47,832 bases of DNA from Candidatus Methylomirabilia bacterium. Lineage in GTDB: Bacteria > Methylomirabilota > Methylomirabilia > Rokubacteriales > CSP1-6. The notes beneath the pieces are model-generated. The model saw only the letters and a list, made by a program, of their open reading frames with translations, was not told where the DNA came from and did no database searches. The stretch is from positions 1-47,832 of the forward strand of contig JBHIBG010000013.1 in assembly GCA_046758965.1 (NCBI GenBank), written 5' to 3'. How positions within the stretch are numbered: the stretch's first letter is position 1; every line of letters starts with the position of its first letter. A program made the position numbers and the translations under genes. Of this stretch, positions 26,631 through 37,301 are shown in pieces.

Positions 26631-26887
26631 GTCGCCGCCGCCTCGATCTCCGTGTCATGGCGGTCGAGCATCGCAGCCACCATGAGCTTTGTCCTCACCG
26701 AGTCGGTGGAGGCCACGAGGACCGGTTCCCGGTAGCCGGCCGGAAGCCGAAAGAATCCGGCGAAGGCGCCGAGCCCGCCGAGCACCTCTGGCTGAAAGGT
26801 GCTCATGGCCAGGGGGATGATCCGACGGACCACCCTCTCCCCTGCCTCGACGTCAACGCCGGACTGCCTGTACGTCAGCGGGTCCAT
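26618..26887 (-). pseudogene. purM: purM (AIR synthetase) remnant with a large internal deletion
   Basis: MDPLTYRQSGVDVEAG...LGGLGAFAGFF...PVLVASTDSVRTKL...RHDT, then straight into a C-terminal-like EIEA; only 89 aa versus about 340-350 for PurM; sits in the purF-purM-purN position. Confidence 0.9.
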
Positions 26888-27012
26888 CCACCCTGTGCCC
26901 TCGGAAGGTCCGTCAGCCTGAAGGGAGCCCGGATCCGCGCGCGGGGACCCAGCTGGGACGTCGCCAGCTCGCACGCGGCCCCCGGCAGGAAGCGCGGAGC
27001 GCTCCCCGATGG

Positions 27013-28416
<1,404 letters not shown>

Positions 28417-28417
28417 C

Positions 28418-30643
28418 TTACGTGACGAGCTTGGCAAATCCGTCCCTCCACGCCCGGCTGAGCTGCTCCACGGGCAGGCTCACCAGCCGCTCTCCGTCCA
28501 CACGAATCTCCAAGCGGTCACCCTCCACTGTCCCGATCCACCGCCAGGGCACTTGCCATTCCTGCATCAGCCGCCCGAAATGACGCTGGGCGAACGCGGG
28601 GACGGAGACCACGATCCGGGACGGCCCTTCGCCAAAGAGCGTGAGATCCGCCCGGCGGAGGAGCGGAAGCGAGACCTGGGCCCCCACCGGCATGGGACCG
28701 GTGAGGCACGCTTCAGCCAAGGCCACAGCCGCCCCTCCCTCCGAGCAATCGTGCGCTGCGCTCACCAACCCGGCCTCAACCGCGGAGCGGCAGGCGGCCT
28801 GGGCGACGCGCTCGAGCTCCAGGTCCAGCGCAGCGAGGGGCCCGGCGAGCTGCCCGTGAAGGCTCCAGAGGTATTCGCTCCCGCCGAGGCTCACCGCATC
28901 GGGCCCGATCAGGGCGATCCGTTCTCCCTCCTCCTTGAACCACTGAGTGGTCCGCCACTCCGCCTCTTCGAGGACTCCTACCATTCCTACGACCGGAGTC
29001 GGAAGCACAGCCCGCCCCGCTGTCTCATTGTAAAAGGAAACATTGCCGCTCACCACAGGGATATCTAAGGCCCGGCATGCGGCCGCGATCCCGTCCACGG
29101 CCTGCGCGAACTGCCAGAGCACCTCCGGGCGCTCGGGGGAGCCGAAGTTCAGGCAATCGGTGACCGCCAGGGGGCGGGCGCCGGAGCACGTCACGTTTCT
29201 GGCGGCCTCCGCCACTGCCATGGCCGCGCCCCCGAAGGGATCCAGGAAGACGTACCGGCCGTTGCCGTCGGTGGTCATCGCGATCCCCTTCCGGGTCCCC
29301 TTGATCCTGAGGATGGCCGCATCCGAGCCCGGGAGGACGAGCGTGTTGATCCCCACCTGGTGGTCGTACTGGCGCCAGACCCACTCCTTCGAGGCCACCG
29401 TGGGTGCGGCCAGGATCGTGAGCAGGGTCTGCCCGTATTCTGCCGGGGGAGGGTGCACGAGGGGGTCGAAAGCCAGGAGGGGATCGAGCCAGTCAGGCCG
29501 CACCGTCGGCTTCTCGTAGGCCGGCGCGGCCGCGGTGAGGGCGTCCACTGGCACCTCGGCTACCACCTGACTGTTCATGCGCGCCCGAAGGATTCCGTCG
29601 TCGGTCACCCGACCGATCTCGATGGCATCCAGCTCCCACTTGCCGAAGATCCGCTTGACCTCCTCTTCCCGCCCCCTGGCCACCACGAGGAGCATCCGCT
29701 CCTGGGATTCGGAGAGCATGAGATCGTAGGGCGTCATGCCTCGCTCACGCTGGGGGACCCGGCTGAGCTCGATCTCGATCCCCGTGCCCGCGCGGGCGGG
29801 CATCTCGGCCGTGCAGCAGGCGAGCCCGGCGGCGCCCATGTCCTGAATCCCCACCACCGCGCCCGTCGGCAGGGCCTCCAGACACGCCTCGAGGAGAAGC
29901 TTCTCCGTGAACGGGTCCCCGACCTGGACCGTGGGGCGGCGCTCCTCTGCCCCCTCGTCGAAGGTGGCCGAGGCCATGGTGGCGCCGTGGATCCCGTCAC
30001 GGCCGGTCTTGGCGCCCACGTAGAACACCGGGTTGCCGACGCCCTCGGCCCGAGCTCGGAAGATCCGGTGGCTCTCCACCAGCCCCACGCACATGACGTT
30101 CACGAGCGGGTTTCCGTGGTACTCGGGAGCGAAGGCGAGCTCGCCGCCCACTGTAGGGATCCCGGTGCAGTTGCCATACCAGGAGATCCCGGCGACGACC
30201 CCGCCGGTCAGATAGCGACTCTTCTCCTCTGCCGGATCACCGAAGCGAAGAGAGTCCAGAAGCGCGATTGGACGGGCCCCCATCGTGAAGATGTCTCGCA
30301 GGATGCCTCCGACGCCAGTGGCCGCGCCCTGAAAGGGTTCCACGAAGGAGGGGTGATTGTGGCTCTCGATCTTCAGGACGAGAGCCAAACCCTCCCCCAG
30401 GTCTACGATCCCGGCATTCTCACCGGGCCCCAGCAGCACCTGGGGCCCGGAGGTCGGGAGGCGGCGGAGGACGAGCTTCGAATGCTTGTAGGCGCAGTGC
30501 TCAGACCACAGAGCCGAGAACAGACCCAGTTCGGTAAAGGTAGGCTCGCGCCCCAGGAGCTGGATGATCCGGTCGTATTCCTCAGCCGTCAGGCCATGGG
30601 CCTTGGCTAGATCCAGCGTGACCTTCGGCTCAGCCCCGGCCAC
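28418..30643 (-). CDS. purL: FGAM synthase subunit PurL (small form)
   Basis: [41 protein letters not shown] start with GGAGGT RBS. Confidence 0.97.
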   Translation of the reverse strand: MAGAEPKVTLDLAKAHGLTAEEYDRIIQLLGREPTFTELGLFSALWSEHCAYKHSKLVLRRLPTSGPQVLLGPGENAGIVDLGEGLALVLKIESHNHPSFVEPFQGAATGVGGILRDIFTMGARPIALLDSLRFGDPAEEKSRYLTGGVVAGISWYGNCTGIPTVGGELAFAPEYHGNPLVNVMCVGLVESHRIFRARAEGVGNPVFYVGAKTGRDGIHGATMASATFDEGAEERRPTVQVGDPFTEKLLLEACLEALPTGAVVGIQDMGAAGLACCTAEMPARAGTGIEIELSRVPQRERGMTPYDLMLSESQERMLLVVARGREEEVKRIFGKWELDAIEIGRVTDDGILRARMNSQVVAEVPVDALTAAAPAYEKPTVRPDWLDPLLAFDPLVHPPPAEYGQTLLTILAAPTVASKEWVWRQYDHQVGINTLVLPGSDAAILRIKGTRKGIAMTTDGNGRYVFLDPFGGAAMAVAEAARNVTCSGARPLAVTDCLNFGSPERPEVLWQFAQAVDGIAAACRALDIPVVSGNVSFYNETAGRAVLPTPVVGMVGVLEEAEWRTTQWFKEEGERIALIGPDAVSLGGSEYLWSLHGQLAGPLAALDLELERVAQAACRSAVEAGLVSAAHDCSEGGAAVALAEACLTGPMPVGAQVSLPLLRRADLTLFGEGPSRIVVSVPAFAQRHFGRLMQEWQVPWRWIGTVEGDRLEIRVDGERLVSLPVEQLSRAWRDGFAKLVT

Positions 30644-30808
30644 CGTCCAGCGCACCTCCAACGAATCGCACCTACCCGAACGGAAAGCGTGATCTGGCGG
30701 GCCACCACACCCGGCTCCGCCTCGTGGGGAGCCCGGCCAGGCGGAGACAGAACCACCCCCCCCGCCCCCGGCGAGGCCGGGCGCCCGCACAGGACTGGCG
30801 ACGACCGA

Positions 30809-30828
30809 GGGCGAAGTCGGGCGAAGTC
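30809..30828. repeat. Perfect tandem 10-mer GGGCGAAGTC x2 in the purQ-purL spacer
   Basis: Read directly from the sequence. Confidence 0.8.
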
Positions 30829-30867
30829 AGGCGGAACCGCACTCGCGCCTCCCTGCGGCGCCCGCTC

Positions 30868-31581
30868 TCAGGGCTTCGGGAAGCTGCCGGTCTCGACCAG
30901 CGCGCCGAGGAGGCTGTGGAAGAGGATCAGGCCGTCAGTGCTCCCGAGGGAGGGCTCGCAGGCGCGCTCCGGGTGAGGCATGAGGCCCAGCACGGTCCCT
31001 TCCTCGTTGACAACGCCCGCGATGTTCTCGAGGGAGCCGTTCGGGTTGGCGTCCTTGGTGGCCTCTCCGGACTCGGTGCAGTAGCGAAAAACGATCTGGC
31101 TCCGTTCCTTCAACGCCTGGAGCGTCGCCCGATCGCAGTGGTACTTCCCCTCGCCGTGAGAGATGGGCATCTTGAGGACCTGGCCGGGACGCATCGCCCG
31201 GGTGAAGGGGGTCTCGACGTTCTCCACGACGACGTGAGTCATCTGGCAGCGGTACTGGAGGCAGTCGTTCCGCAGAAGGATCCCGGGAAGGAGCTCCGCC
31301 TCGCAGAGGATCTGAAAGCCGTTGCACGAGCCCAGGATGAAGCCCCCCCGGGCGATGAACTCCGGGAGGACCTCCACCACCGGGGATCTGCCCGCGATCG
31401 CTCCTGCCCTCAGGTAGTCGCCGTAGGAGAAGCCACCGGGAAGGATCAGACAGTCGAAGTCGGAGAGATCGGTATCCCGGTGCCAGACGTACCGGACGGG
31501 TTGGTGGAGCACCTCGCTGACGACGTAGTGGAAGTCACAATCGCTCCAGGTACCCGGGAAGATCACGACTCCGAATTTCAT
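30868..31581 (-). CDS. purQ: FGAM synthase glutaminase subunit PurQ
   Basis: GGFSYGDYLRAG, GSCNGFQIL, HGEG, NPNGS, LMPHPER. Confidence 0.97.
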   Translation of the reverse strand: MKFGVVIFPGTWSDCDFHYVVSEVLHQPVRYVWHRDTDLSDFDCLILPGGFSYGDYLRAGAIAGRSPVVEVLPEFIARGGFILGSCNGFQILCEAELLPGILLRNDCLQYRCQMTHVVVENVETPFTRAMRPGQVLKMPISHGEGKYHCDRATLQALKERSQIVFRYCTESGEATKDANPNGSLENIAGVVNEEGTVLGLMPHPERACEPSLGSTDGLILFHSLLGALVETGSFPKP

Positions 31582-31640
31582 GCCGGCGGACCCTCCTCCT
31601 TGCGCGCCGCGAGGTTCGGGAGAGCACCACACTCTCCTTC

Positions 31641-31669
31641 ATACTAATCCCTACTCCGCCCTATGACAA
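31641..31669 (-). promoter_or_regulatory. Putative internal sigma70 promoter upstream of purQ
   Basis: TTGTCA-N17-TAGTAT overlapping the purS stop. Confidence 0.55.
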
Positions 31670-31927
31670 GCGGAAACCCGACCCGGCCTCCAGCACCTCG
31701 ATGGTAAACTCCTCGATCACGGGGTTGGCGAGGAGCTTCTGGCACATCTCCTCCACGCGAGCCCGAGCCCGAACGGGGTCGTCAGCCTCCAGCTCCACCT
31801 CCAACACTTTCCCCACCCGGAGCTCTTTCACCTCCGAGAATCCGAGCCCCTCAAGAGCCCGCTTCACCGCGGCACCCTGGACGTCCAGGATCCCCTGTTT
31901 GAGGCGTACCAGAACGCGTGCCTGCAT
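31661..31927 (-). CDS. purS: FGAM synthase subunit PurS
   Basis: LKQGILDVQG, LRVGK, MCQKLLANPVIEEF. Confidence 0.96.
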   Translation of the reverse strand: MQARVLVRLKQGILDVQGAAVKRALEGLGFSEVKELRVGKVLEVELEADDPVRARARVEEMCQKLLANPVIEEFTIEVLEAGSGFRLS

Positions 31928-31973
31928 CCGGTCGGTCCTCACCCCCGATGCGCTGTCCGGTCCCCATGCGCGC

Positions 31974-33269
31974 TCACAGGAGGCCCAGCCTGCGGTAGAT
32001 CGCGTCCACGTTCCGGAGGTGCCAGGATGGGTCGAAGCACGACTTCAACTCGTCGGGGGAGAGCCTGGCCCTGACCTCGGGATCCTGAGCCAGGAGCTCA
32101 TGGAACACCTCCCGCGCCTGCCAGGCTCTCATGGCATTTCGCTGCACTACCTCATAGGCGGTCTGACGGGGCAATCCCTTCTCGGTGAGCTTCAGGAGCA
32201 CCCGCTGGGAGTAGATCAGCCCCCGAGTTCGTTCCAGGTTCTCCCGCATCTGCTGCGGATAGACCTGGAGCCCCTGGAGGATCCGTCTCATCAGGGCGAT
32301 GAGGTAGTCCAGGAGAATCGTAGAGTCGGGAAGGATCACCCGCTCCACGGAGGAGTGGCTGATATCCCGCTCGTGCCAGAGCGCCACGTTCTCTAGGGCT
32401 GCCTGCGCGTTCGCCCGAATGACCCGTGCCAGCCCGGAGATCCGCTCGGCCAGCTCCGGGTTGCGCTTGTGGGGCATGGCGCTCGAACCTTTCTGTCCCT
32501 CGCTGAACGGCTCCTCCACCTCGAGGATCTCGGTCCGCTGGAGCGAACGGATCTCCAGCGCGATCTTCTCGACGGAGGCGGCCACGATGGCCAAGCTCGT
32601 CATGAACTCAGCATGACGGTCTCGCTGGAGCACCTGGGTGGAGACCGGGGCAGGGACGAGGCCCAGGGCCTGGCAGACCTCCTCCTCCATCTCAGGGTCC
32701 AGGTGGGCATAGGTCCCCACGGCCCCGGAGAGCTTCCCCACCCGGACCGCCTCCTTGGCTCGTCGAAGCCGCTCGAGGTTCCGCCCGGCTTCTGCGTACC
32801 AGACCGCCGCCTTCAGCCCGAAGGTCGTCGGCTCGGCGTGGACGCCGTGCGTGCGGCCGACGGTCAGAGTGTCTCTGTGCTCCCGCGCCAGCCGCCCGAG
32901 CTCCTGCCGGAGCTGCTCGAGCCCGTGGATGAGGAGGTCGGATGCCGCCCGGAGCTGCAGGGCCAGGGCCGTGTCGAGCACGTCCGAGGAGGTCAACCCC
33001 TGGTGGATGTAGCGGGAGTCGGCCCCGACGCTCTCCTCCAGGTTGGTGAGGAAGGCAATGAGATCATGCTGGACCCGGGCCTCGATCTCCCGGATCCGTT
33101 CGGCGTCCACCCGGGCTTGGCCCGTGATCCGCGCGAGGGCCTCGGCCGGGATCAGGCCGCGTTTGGCGTACGCCTGGCAGACCGCTAACTCCACCTGGAG
33201 CCAGGCCCGGTACTTCGCCTCGTCGCTCCACACTCTCCCCATCTCGGGTCGCGTGTAGCGGTGAATCAT
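31974..33269 (-). CDS. purB: Adenylosuccinate lyase
   Basis: MIHRYTRPEM, GLTSSD, GRTHGVHAEPTTFG, SSAMPHKRNP, WHERDISHSS. Confidence 0.98.
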   Translation of the reverse strand: MIHRYTRPEMGRVWSDEAKYRAWLQVELAVCQAYAKRGLIPAEALARITGQARVDAERIREIEARVQHDLIAFLTNLEESVGADSRYIHQGLTSSDVLDTALALQLRAASDLLIHGLEQLRQELGRLAREHRDTLTVGRTHGVHAEPTTFGLKAAVWYAEAGRNLERLRRAKEAVRVGKLSGAVGTYAHLDPEMEEEVCQALGLVPAPVSTQVLQRDRHAEFMTSLAIVAASVEKIALEIRSLQRTEILEVEEPFSEGQKGSSAMPHKRNPELAERISGLARVIRANAQAALENVALWHERDISHSSVERVILPDSTILLDYLIALMRRILQGLQVYPQQMRENLERTRGLIYSQRVLLKLTEKGLPRQTAYEVVQRNAMRAWQAREVFHELLAQDPEVRARLSPDELKSCFDPSWHLRNVDAIYRRLGLL

Positions 33270-33311
33270 CGTCGAAATGGGAAACCCGGCCAAAGGCCGG
33301 GAGTCAGGACC

Positions 33312-34577
33312 CTAGGGCTTCCCGAGGTCCCGGGGCAGGTTCAGGTGGTCGAGCGGGCCAAGCGTCAGCAGGCAGAGCTGATCCTCGTCCAAGAGCCGGT
33401 GGACCAGTGCCTGCTCCTCCTCCTCCCGAACCTCGTCGATGGCCGCCAGGACCTGATCCACGGAGAAGAAGGAGCCGAAATAGATCTCCTGCCTGGCCAG
33501 GCGATTCATGCGGCTCGAGGTCGACTCCAGGGAGAGCATGAGGTTGCCCTTCAGGTGATCCTTGGCCCGGCGGAGCTCCTCGGCGGTGACACCGCCCTTC
33601 CTGAGCGCCCGCAGCTCCCGGAAGATGGAGGTGAGCACCCGGGAGAAGCTCTGCCCATCGGTGCCGGCATAGATGTAGAGGATCCCCGTATCTCGATAGG
33701 CCTGGATGCCCGAGTGGATGGAGTACACCAACCCCTGTCGCTCCCGCACCTCCTGAAAGAGGCGCGAGGACATGCTCCCCCCCATGATGTCGTTGAGAAG
33801 AAAGAGCGCATACCGCTCCGGGCTGGCATGGGAGAGCCCGGGGAACCCCATCACCAGCTGAACCTGCTCGAGGGGCTTCTGCACCAGGTCCACGCCCCGG
33901 CGAAGAACGGGCGGTTGCCCATCCCGGACCACCGCCGGACGCGCGAAGCCTTCGAAGTGTGCGGCGAAGAGCTCCACCACCCGCTCGTGCTCCACGTTGC
34001 CGGCCACGGCGATCGTAATCCTCGCCGGAACGTACTCCTCCTGGAAGTGGGTGAGAATCGTCTCCCGGCCGAAGCCCTGAACCACTTCCCGGCTCCCCAG
34101 GATGGGTCGGCCCAGCGGATGGTCCGCCCAGATCCGGGCGGCGAACAGGTCGTGGACCAGATCGTCAGGCGTGTCCTCCACCATCTTGATTTCCTGGAGG
34201 ATGACCGATTTTTCTCTCTCGATGTCATCGATGGCGAAAAGCGGGTGCAGGAGGATGTCGGTGAGCAGGTCGACGGCCAACGGGAGGTGCTCGTCCACTA
34301 CGCTCACATAGAAGCACGTGTACTCCTTGGTCGTGAAGGCGTCCATCTGGCCGCCCACCGAATCCAAGGTGCGGGCTATCTCCGCCGCGGTCCGCGACGC
34401 CGTGCCCTTGAAGACCAGATGCTCGACGAAGTGGGAGATGCCGCCCCGTGCGTCGGGCTCATTGCGCGAGCCGGTGTCCACCCAGATCCCCACGGCGACC
34501 GAGCGGACGTGGGACATCCGTTCAGTGACCACCCGAATCCCATTGGCAAGCACGCTCTTTCGGTACTCTTCGCTCAC
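33312..34577 (-). CDS. M16 family zinc peptidase (pitrilysin-like, YmxG-type)
   Basis: Inverted zincin HFVEH, GSRNE, AFTTKEYT, SSRLFQEVRERQGLVY; usual position after pnp; start GTG at 34577. Confidence 0.93.
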   Translation of the reverse strand: MSEEYRKSVLANGIRVVTERMSHVRSVAVGIWVDTGSRNEPDARGGISHFVEHLVFKGTASRTAAEIARTLDSVGGQMDAFTTKEYTCFYVSVVDEHLPLAVDLLTDILLHPLFAIDDIEREKSVILQEIKMVEDTPDDLVHDLFAARIWADHPLGRPILGSREVVQGFGRETILTHFQEEYVPARITIAVAGNVEHERVVELFAAHFEGFARPAVVRDGQPPVLRRGVDLVQKPLEQVQLVMGFPGLSHASPERYALFLLNDIMGGSMSSRLFQEVRERQGLVYSIHSGIQAYRDTGILYIYAGTDGQSFSRVLTSIFRELRALRKGGVTAEELRRAKDHLKGNLMLSLESTSSRMNRLARQEIYFGSFFSVDQVLAAIDEVREEEEQALVHRLLDEDQLCLLTLGPLDHLNLPRDLGKP

Positions 34578-34653
34578 GCTGAGCCTCTCTGCATGGAGCT
34601 GGCCGCTGTCCGGCCTGACCCCGCCCCCTCTCCGGCGCAGCCGCCGCTCGCCG

Positions 34654-36786
34654 TCATCCCGCGGCGACGCCGGCGTTCTTCCGGCGCTCCTTGTCGGCCA
34701 GGGCTGGCTGTTCGCGCAGCGCCACTTTCCGCGAGAGCCGGACCTTGCCACTGGGGTCGATCTCGATGACCTTGACCAGCACCTCGTCCCCCTCGGCCAG
34801 AACATCGCCGACGGACCTGATCCGGTTTTCGGCGATCTGGGAGATGTGCAGGAGCCCCTCGCCTCCCGGGATCACCTCCACGAAGGCGCCGAACTCCATG
34901 ATCCGCTTGACCTTGCCCACGTAAATCCGGTCCAGCTCCACCTCCCGACAGATATCCTGGATGATGGCAATGGCGCGCTGGACGGCGTTGTTGTCAGCGG
35001 AGAAGACCGTGACGCGGCCGTCGTCCCCCACGTCGATCTTCGCTCCGGTCTGCTCCTGGATCCCCCGGATCACCTTGCCGCCGGGGCCGATGATCTCCCG
35101 GATCTTCTCAGGTCTGATCTTGATCGTCACGAAGCGAGGCGCGTACGGGGAGAGCTCGGCGCGCGGCTTGTCGATGGCCTCGCGCATCCTGGCGAGCACG
35201 TGGAGGCGAGCCTCTCGCGCTTGGGCCAGGGCGTCGGCCATGATCGCCGCGGTGACCCCGCCGATCTTGATGTCCATCTGCAGCGCCGTGACCCCGGCCT
35301 CGGTCCCCGCCACCTTGAAGTCCATGTCACCGTAGTGATCCTCGGTCCCCGAGATGTCGGTGAGCACGACGACCCGGTCCCTCTCCTTGACCAGGCCCAT
35401 GGCGATCCCCGCCACGGGCGCCTTGATGGGCACGCCGGCATCCATCAGCGAGAGCGTGGCCCCGCACACCGTGGCCATGGAGGAGGAGCCGTTGGATTCC
35501 AGAATGTCGGAGACCACGCGGATCGTGTACGGAAAGGTCTCCTTGCCCGGCAGGACCTGCTGGATCGCCCGTTCGGCCAGCACCCCGTGGCCGATCTCCC
35601 GCCGGCCGGGACTCCCGAACCGGCGCACCTCGCCGACGGAGAACGACGGGAAGTTGTAGTGAAGCATGAAGGGCTTGAAGGACTCGCCCTCCAGAGCTTC
35701 GATCTTCTGCTCGTTTTCCTTCGTCCCCAGCGTGATCACCACCAGCGCCTGGGTCTCGCCACGGGTGAAGAGCGCCGAGCCATGGGCCCGGGGGAGGAAC
35801 CTGATCTCGCAGGTGATCGGTCGGGTTTCGGAGACCGAGCGGCCGTCAACCCGGATCCCTTTCTCCAGGATCATTCGGCGGACTTCCGCTCTCTCCACCG
35901 CGTCGAAGGCCTCCCGGGCGGTGGGCTCGAGGCCTTCGTCGACTCCGAGCGCCTGAAACACCTCCTGCAAGGTCCGCTCGATCGCCTGGGCCCGGGCCTG
36001 CTTTTCGTGAATGGCGAGGGCTTCACCGAGCCTGGGCGCGGCGAGCTCCCGGACCCGTCTCTCCAGCTCGGGGGCTGTCTCAGGCGCGGGATCAAACGCC
36101 CAGCGGGGCTTGCCCGCCAGGGCCGCCAGTGCATTCTGAATCTTCACCAGCTCTCGGCACTGGTCGTGGCCGAACGCCAGGGCGCGGACCATGGTCTCCT
36201 CCGGCACTTCGTTGGCCCCCGCCTCCACCATGAGCACCGCTTCCTCACTGGCCGCGACGACGAGATCGAGCGCGGAGACTGCCTGCTGGCGCTCGGTGGG
36301 GTTGACCACGAGTTGGCCGTCCACCAGCCCCACGCGAACGGCTCCGACAGGACCCTGGAACGGGATCCCCGAGATGGCCAAGGCCGCCGAGGCCCCGTTG
36401 ATCGACAGGATGTCGGGGTCGTTCTCCTGGTCAGCTGAGATGGCGAGGGCAATCACCTGCACCTCCTGCTTGAAGCCCTTGGGGAAGAGCGGACGGATCG
36501 GTCGGTCGATGAGGCGAGAGGTCAGAATCTCCTTCTCAACGGGTCGCCCCTCGCGCTTGAAGAAGCCCCCCGGAATCCGGCCGCCGGCATAGGCGCGCTC
36601 CCGATAGTCCACCGTCAGCGGAAAGAAATCGACCCCCTCAAGGGGGGTCTTGGTGGCCACGACCGTGGCGAGGACCACGGTCCCACCGTACCGAACCAGC
36701 ACCGCACCGTCCGCCTGCTTGGCGACCCGGCCGGTTTCCAGGGAGAAGATGCGACCGCCAATCTCTGTCTGTGTGGCATGAATCAT
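34654..36786 (-). CDS. pnp: Polyribonucleotide nucleotidyltransferase (PNPase)
   Basis: FFPLTVDYRE, GGFFKREGRP, RREIGHG, ESNGSSSMA, GDMDFKVAGT, KH and S1 domains. Confidence 0.98.
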   Translation of the reverse strand: MIHATQTEIGGRIFSLETGRVAKQADGAVLVRYGGTVVLATVVATKTPLEGVDFFPLTVDYRERAYAGGRIPGGFFKREGRPVEKEILTSRLIDRPIRPLFPKGFKQEVQVIALAISADQENDPDILSINGASAALAISGIPFQGPVGAVRVGLVDGQLVVNPTERQQAVSALDLVVAASEEAVLMVEAGANEVPEETMVRALAFGHDQCRELVKIQNALAALAGKPRWAFDPAPETAPELERRVRELAAPRLGEALAIHEKQARAQAIERTLQEVFQALGVDEGLEPTAREAFDAVERAEVRRMILEKGIRVDGRSVSETRPITCEIRFLPRAHGSALFTRGETQALVVITLGTKENEQKIEALEGESFKPFMLHYNFPSFSVGEVRRFGSPGRREIGHGVLAERAIQQVLPGKETFPYTIRVVSDILESNGSSSMATVCGATLSLMDAGVPIKAPVAGIAMGLVKERDRVVVLTDISGTEDHYGDMDFKVAGTEAGVTALQMDIKIGGVTAAIMADALAQAREARLHVLARMREAIDKPRAELSPYAPRFVTIKIRPEKIREIIGPGGKVIRGIQEQTGAKIDVGDDGRVTVFSADNNAVQRAIAIIQDICREVELDRIYVGKVKRIMEFGAFVEVIPGGEGLLHISQIAENRIRSVGDVLAEGDEVLVKVIEIDPSGKVRLSRKVALREQPALADKERRKNAGVAAG

Positions 36787-36802
36787 ACGGACACTTACCC
36801 TC

Positions 36803-36822
36803 CTAACTCAGACTAACTCAGA
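36803..36822. repeat. Perfect tandem 10-mer CTAACTCAGA x2 abutting the pnp RBS
   Basis: Read directly from the sequence. Confidence 0.8.
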
Positions 36823-36893
36823 GAAACGCCAACGAATCGGGCTGGACCGCTGTTGCGGGGGAGCTGGCGCGGAACACGCTCCGGGAACCGCCG

Positions 36894-37163
36894 TCACCGA
36901 CGGATCCCGAGCTTTTCTGTGAGGTCCCGGTACCGCTCCGGATCCTTTTTCTTGAGATACTCGAGGAACCCCCGTCGCTTGCCGATGAGCATGAGCAACC
37001 CACGCCGGGAGTGGTGGTCCTTCGGGTGGAGCCTGAAGTGGTCCGAGAGGCTCTGGATTCGTTCGGAGAGGAGCGCGATCTGCACGTCTGGTGAGCCGGT
37101 ATCCCCCTCATGAAGTCGGAACTGCTCGATCAGGGATCTCTTCTTCTCGACGGCCAGCGGCAT
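36894..37163 (-). CDS. rpsO: 30S ribosomal protein S15
   Basis: [27 protein letters not shown]; 89 aa. Confidence 0.98.
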   Translation of the reverse strand: MPLAVEKKRSLIEQFRLHEGDTGSPDVQIALLSERIQSLSDHFRLHPKDHHSRRGLLMLIGKRRGFLEYLKKKDPERYRDLTEKLGIRR

Positions 37164-37265
37164 CCCACACTCCTCAGGCAGACCCCTCTCCCCACACCCC
37201 GAGGCCCGGCAACTCGAATGGGGTGGGTTCTAAAAATACCAAATTCCTCGCCCACTTACACCGGA

Positions 37266-37294
37266 ATCCTACCACAGCAGGGGGAAAAGCGCAA
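37266..37294 (-). promoter_or_regulatory. sigma70 promoter of rpsO-pnp
   Basis: TTGCGC-N17-TAGGAT with extended -10 TG. Confidence 0.7.
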
Positions 37295-37301
37295 GGAGAT
37301 T

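Noticed and set aside
14832..27012. Possible ZTP or purine riboswitch upstream of glyA, purH or purM
   Set aside because: Only isolated pieces (GGGGAGCG, CGCCTGG) in the wrong order; no complete motif by eye. An Infernal scan would settle it
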